DNA from: Anaerolineae bacterium
Lineage (GTDB): Bacteria; Chloroflexota; Anaerolineae; Anaerolineales; UBA4823
Assembly: GCA_003327455.1 (NCBI GenBank)
Contig: QOQU01000002.1
Location: forward strand, 231,963-295,962
Direction: 5' to 3'
Length of the DNA stretch: 64,000 nucleotides
Positions 62,668 through 64,000 of the stretch are shown here, in pieces. Both the position numbers and the translations under genes were made by a program. The notes beneath the pieces were generated by a model, which did not search any database, was not told the DNA's origin, and was given only the letters and a program-made list of their open reading frames with translations. Positions within the stretch are counted from its first letter, which is position 1. Each line of letters starts with the position of its first letter.

Positions 62668-64000
62668 TTATTCCTCTTTCTTTGCTTCCAATTCTTTCTG
62701 GCGAGCAGCAATGATTTCCTGAGCAAGATGGGCAGGGACAATTTCATAATGAGAGAACTCCATTGTGAAAACCCCTCGTCCACCGGTAATTGATCGCAGA
62801 TCAGCCGTGTAACGTAACATCTCTGCCAGAGGAACTTGAGCTGTCACCACTGAACGTCCTTTTTCGGTATCCATACCTTGTACACGCGCCCGACGGGTGT
62901 TCAAATCGCCCAAGACATCTCCCATGTTCGCTTCGGGAACAATGATCTTGACGTTCATAATTGGCTCAAGCAACACAGGGGCTGCGTCTTTTACGCATAG
63001 TTTGAAAGCTTCTCGCCCGGCGATTTCAAAGGCAACGGGCTTTGAGTCAACCGGATGCTCTTTCCCGTCATAAACCGAGACTTTGACGTTCTTCACCGGG
63101 TAACCAGCCAGGACGCCCTCTTTCATAACCGACTTAATCCCCTTTTCGATCGCCGGCATGAAGCTCGAAGAAATTGCCCCACCAAAGACATCATTAGAAA
63201 ATGCATACTCGCCATCTGGATAGGGTTCAATGCGCATGGCTACCTCTGCAAATTGTCCCGCCCCACCAGTTTGTTTCTTATGGCGATAGGTAGCCTGCCC
63301 CTGTTTGGTTATGGTCTCCAAATAAGGCACTTTGGGTAACTCAATGTGCATTGCGGTTTGGAATTTCGTCTCAGCCTTGCGAATTGCCACATCAATGTGT
63401 TGATCACCCATACCTTGCAAAATAGTCTGATTGGTTGACGGTTCTTGCCTCCAGGACAAGGTCATATCTTCTTCGCACAGACGAGTTAATGTAGGTGAAA
63501 TCTTTGCCGAGTCGGCTTGCGTTTTTGGGAATACCGCCACCTGATAAAGGGCATTTGGATATTCCGGGATGGGTAACTTGACCACTCTTGTCCGATCGCA
63601 CAAGGTATCCCCGGTCGAAGTAACGCTGAGCTTTGGAACTGTCGCAATATCCCCGGCATGGACAATTTTTACCGGCATGGCTTCCTTACCACGCAAGATA
63701 CTCAAAGTGCCCAATCTTTCCTCTGTCTCTTTATTCGAGTTCCATACTTTTGTGTCGGAATTGATTACACCCGAATAGACCCGGAAGTAAGTAATCTTAC
63801 CGACAAAGGGGTCAGCCGTAGTCTTCCACACATAAGCTGCAAAAGGTTCCTGGTCGTTACAGATCACCTCCACCTCTTCTCCATTTGCCCCTACGCCTTT
63901 AGCAGGAGGAACATCTTTCGGAGAGGGGAACAATTCCAGACAAGCATCCAACAAAGGAAAAATTCCGATTTCAGCCGACCCAGCCGCTACAAAAACCGGA
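62668..64000 (-). CDS. Elongation factor G family protein (EF-G paralog), 5' end outside the window
   Basis: Domains II-V are recognisable (YFRVYSGV, GDQHIDV, HKKQTGGAGQFA, PVLLEPI). The reading frame stays open from 63954 to the window end and reads ...PVFVAAGSAEIGIFPLLDA, so the track's M at 63954 is internal. Confidence 0.88.
   Translation of the reverse strand, partial: PVFVAAGSAEIGIFPLLDACLELFPSPKDVPPAKGVGANGEEVEVICNDQEPFAAYVWKTTADPFVGKITYFRVYSGVINSDTKVWNSNKETEERLGTLSILRGKEAMPVKIVHAGDIATVPKLSVTSTGDTLCDRTRVVKLPIPEYPNALYQVAVFPKTQADSAKISPTLTRLCEEDMTLSWRQEPSTNQTILQGMGDQHIDVAIRKAETKFQTAMHIELPKVPYLETITKQGQATYRHKKQTGGAGQFAEVAMRIEPYPDGEYAFSNDVFGGAISSSFMPAIEKGIKSVMKEGVLAGYPVKNVKVSVYDGKEHPVDSKPVAFEIAGREAFKLCVKDAAPVLLEPIMNVKIIVPEANMGDVLGDLNTRRARVQGMDTEKGRSVVTAQVPLAEMLRYTADLRSITGGRGVFTMEFSHYEIVPAHLAQEIIAARQKELEAKKEE

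Noticed and set aside
1-64000. Window-wide scan for mobile elements, CRISPR arrays, toxin-antitoxin pairs, restriction-modification or other defence-island hallmarks
   Set aside because: I recognised no transposase, integrase or recombinase motifs, no terminal inverted repeats, no direct-repeat/spacer arrays and no typical defence domains. Nearly all coding capacity is assigned to conserved housekeeping functions.

Overview
This window is a gene-dense, mostly housekeeping stretch of core chromosome. I call about 58 CDS, 2 tRNA genes, 2 T-box leaders, and several near-consensus sigma-70-type promoters and hairpin terminators. I found no transposase, integrase, CRISPR array, phage or toxin-antitoxin signature, so I cannot point to an accessory or defence island.

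Gene content suggests a Chloroflexota (Anaerolineae-like) bacterium: stand-alone TrpB2, a TIGR03663-like GT-C enzyme, duplicated nuoM, a eukaryote-type citrate synthase, T-box leaders and a DHH-CBS-nucleotidyltransferase fusion. This is an inference that I cannot verify without a database search.

Main blocks, left to right:
- GT-C/NHL fusion protein, sucCD, acpP, fni plus a polyprenyl synthase, hemW, and a LysM protein.
- gltA-mdh-trxB, then a multi-GAF histidine kinase.
- A Trp T-box followed by trpB2.
- One long minus-strand operon: nusA-ylxR-infB-rbfA-nrnA-truB-ribF-thyA-folA.
- GNAT, a DHH-CBS-CCA-type enzyme, a MazG-like gene plus a helical-repeat hypothetical, rpsO-pnp, and murE.
- An F0-only ATP synthase cluster (atpZ-B-E-F) and a membrane-arm-only nuo operon (A-H-J-K-L-M-M-N).
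- A transglutaminase-like membrane protein.
- A co-directional leuS-ridA-GT2-sugar transferase-FemAB-FemAB-PLP enzyme cluster.
- An HD-GYP gene, two tRNA-Ala genes, an alpha/beta hydrolase, an MFS transporter and a partial EF-G paralog.

Most unusual observations:
1. A Leu (CUC) T-box leader lies directly behind two tRNA-Ala genes under a single consensus promoter. It is separated from its cognate leuS by about 680 nt that encode an opposite-strand HD-GYP gene.
2. An ATP synthase b subunit is fused to only the C-terminal half of delta/OSCP, in a cluster that lacks all F1 genes.
3. The nuo operon lacks every peripheral-arm gene.
4. Two FemAB-type (aminoacyl-tRNA-dependent) transferases sit in a glycan-synthesis cluster downstream of T-box-controlled leuS.
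5. Several genes have a -10 box 8-9 nt from the ATG and no Shine-Dalgarno, so they look leaderless.

All functional calls rest on motif recognition by eye. No searches or folding computations were run.
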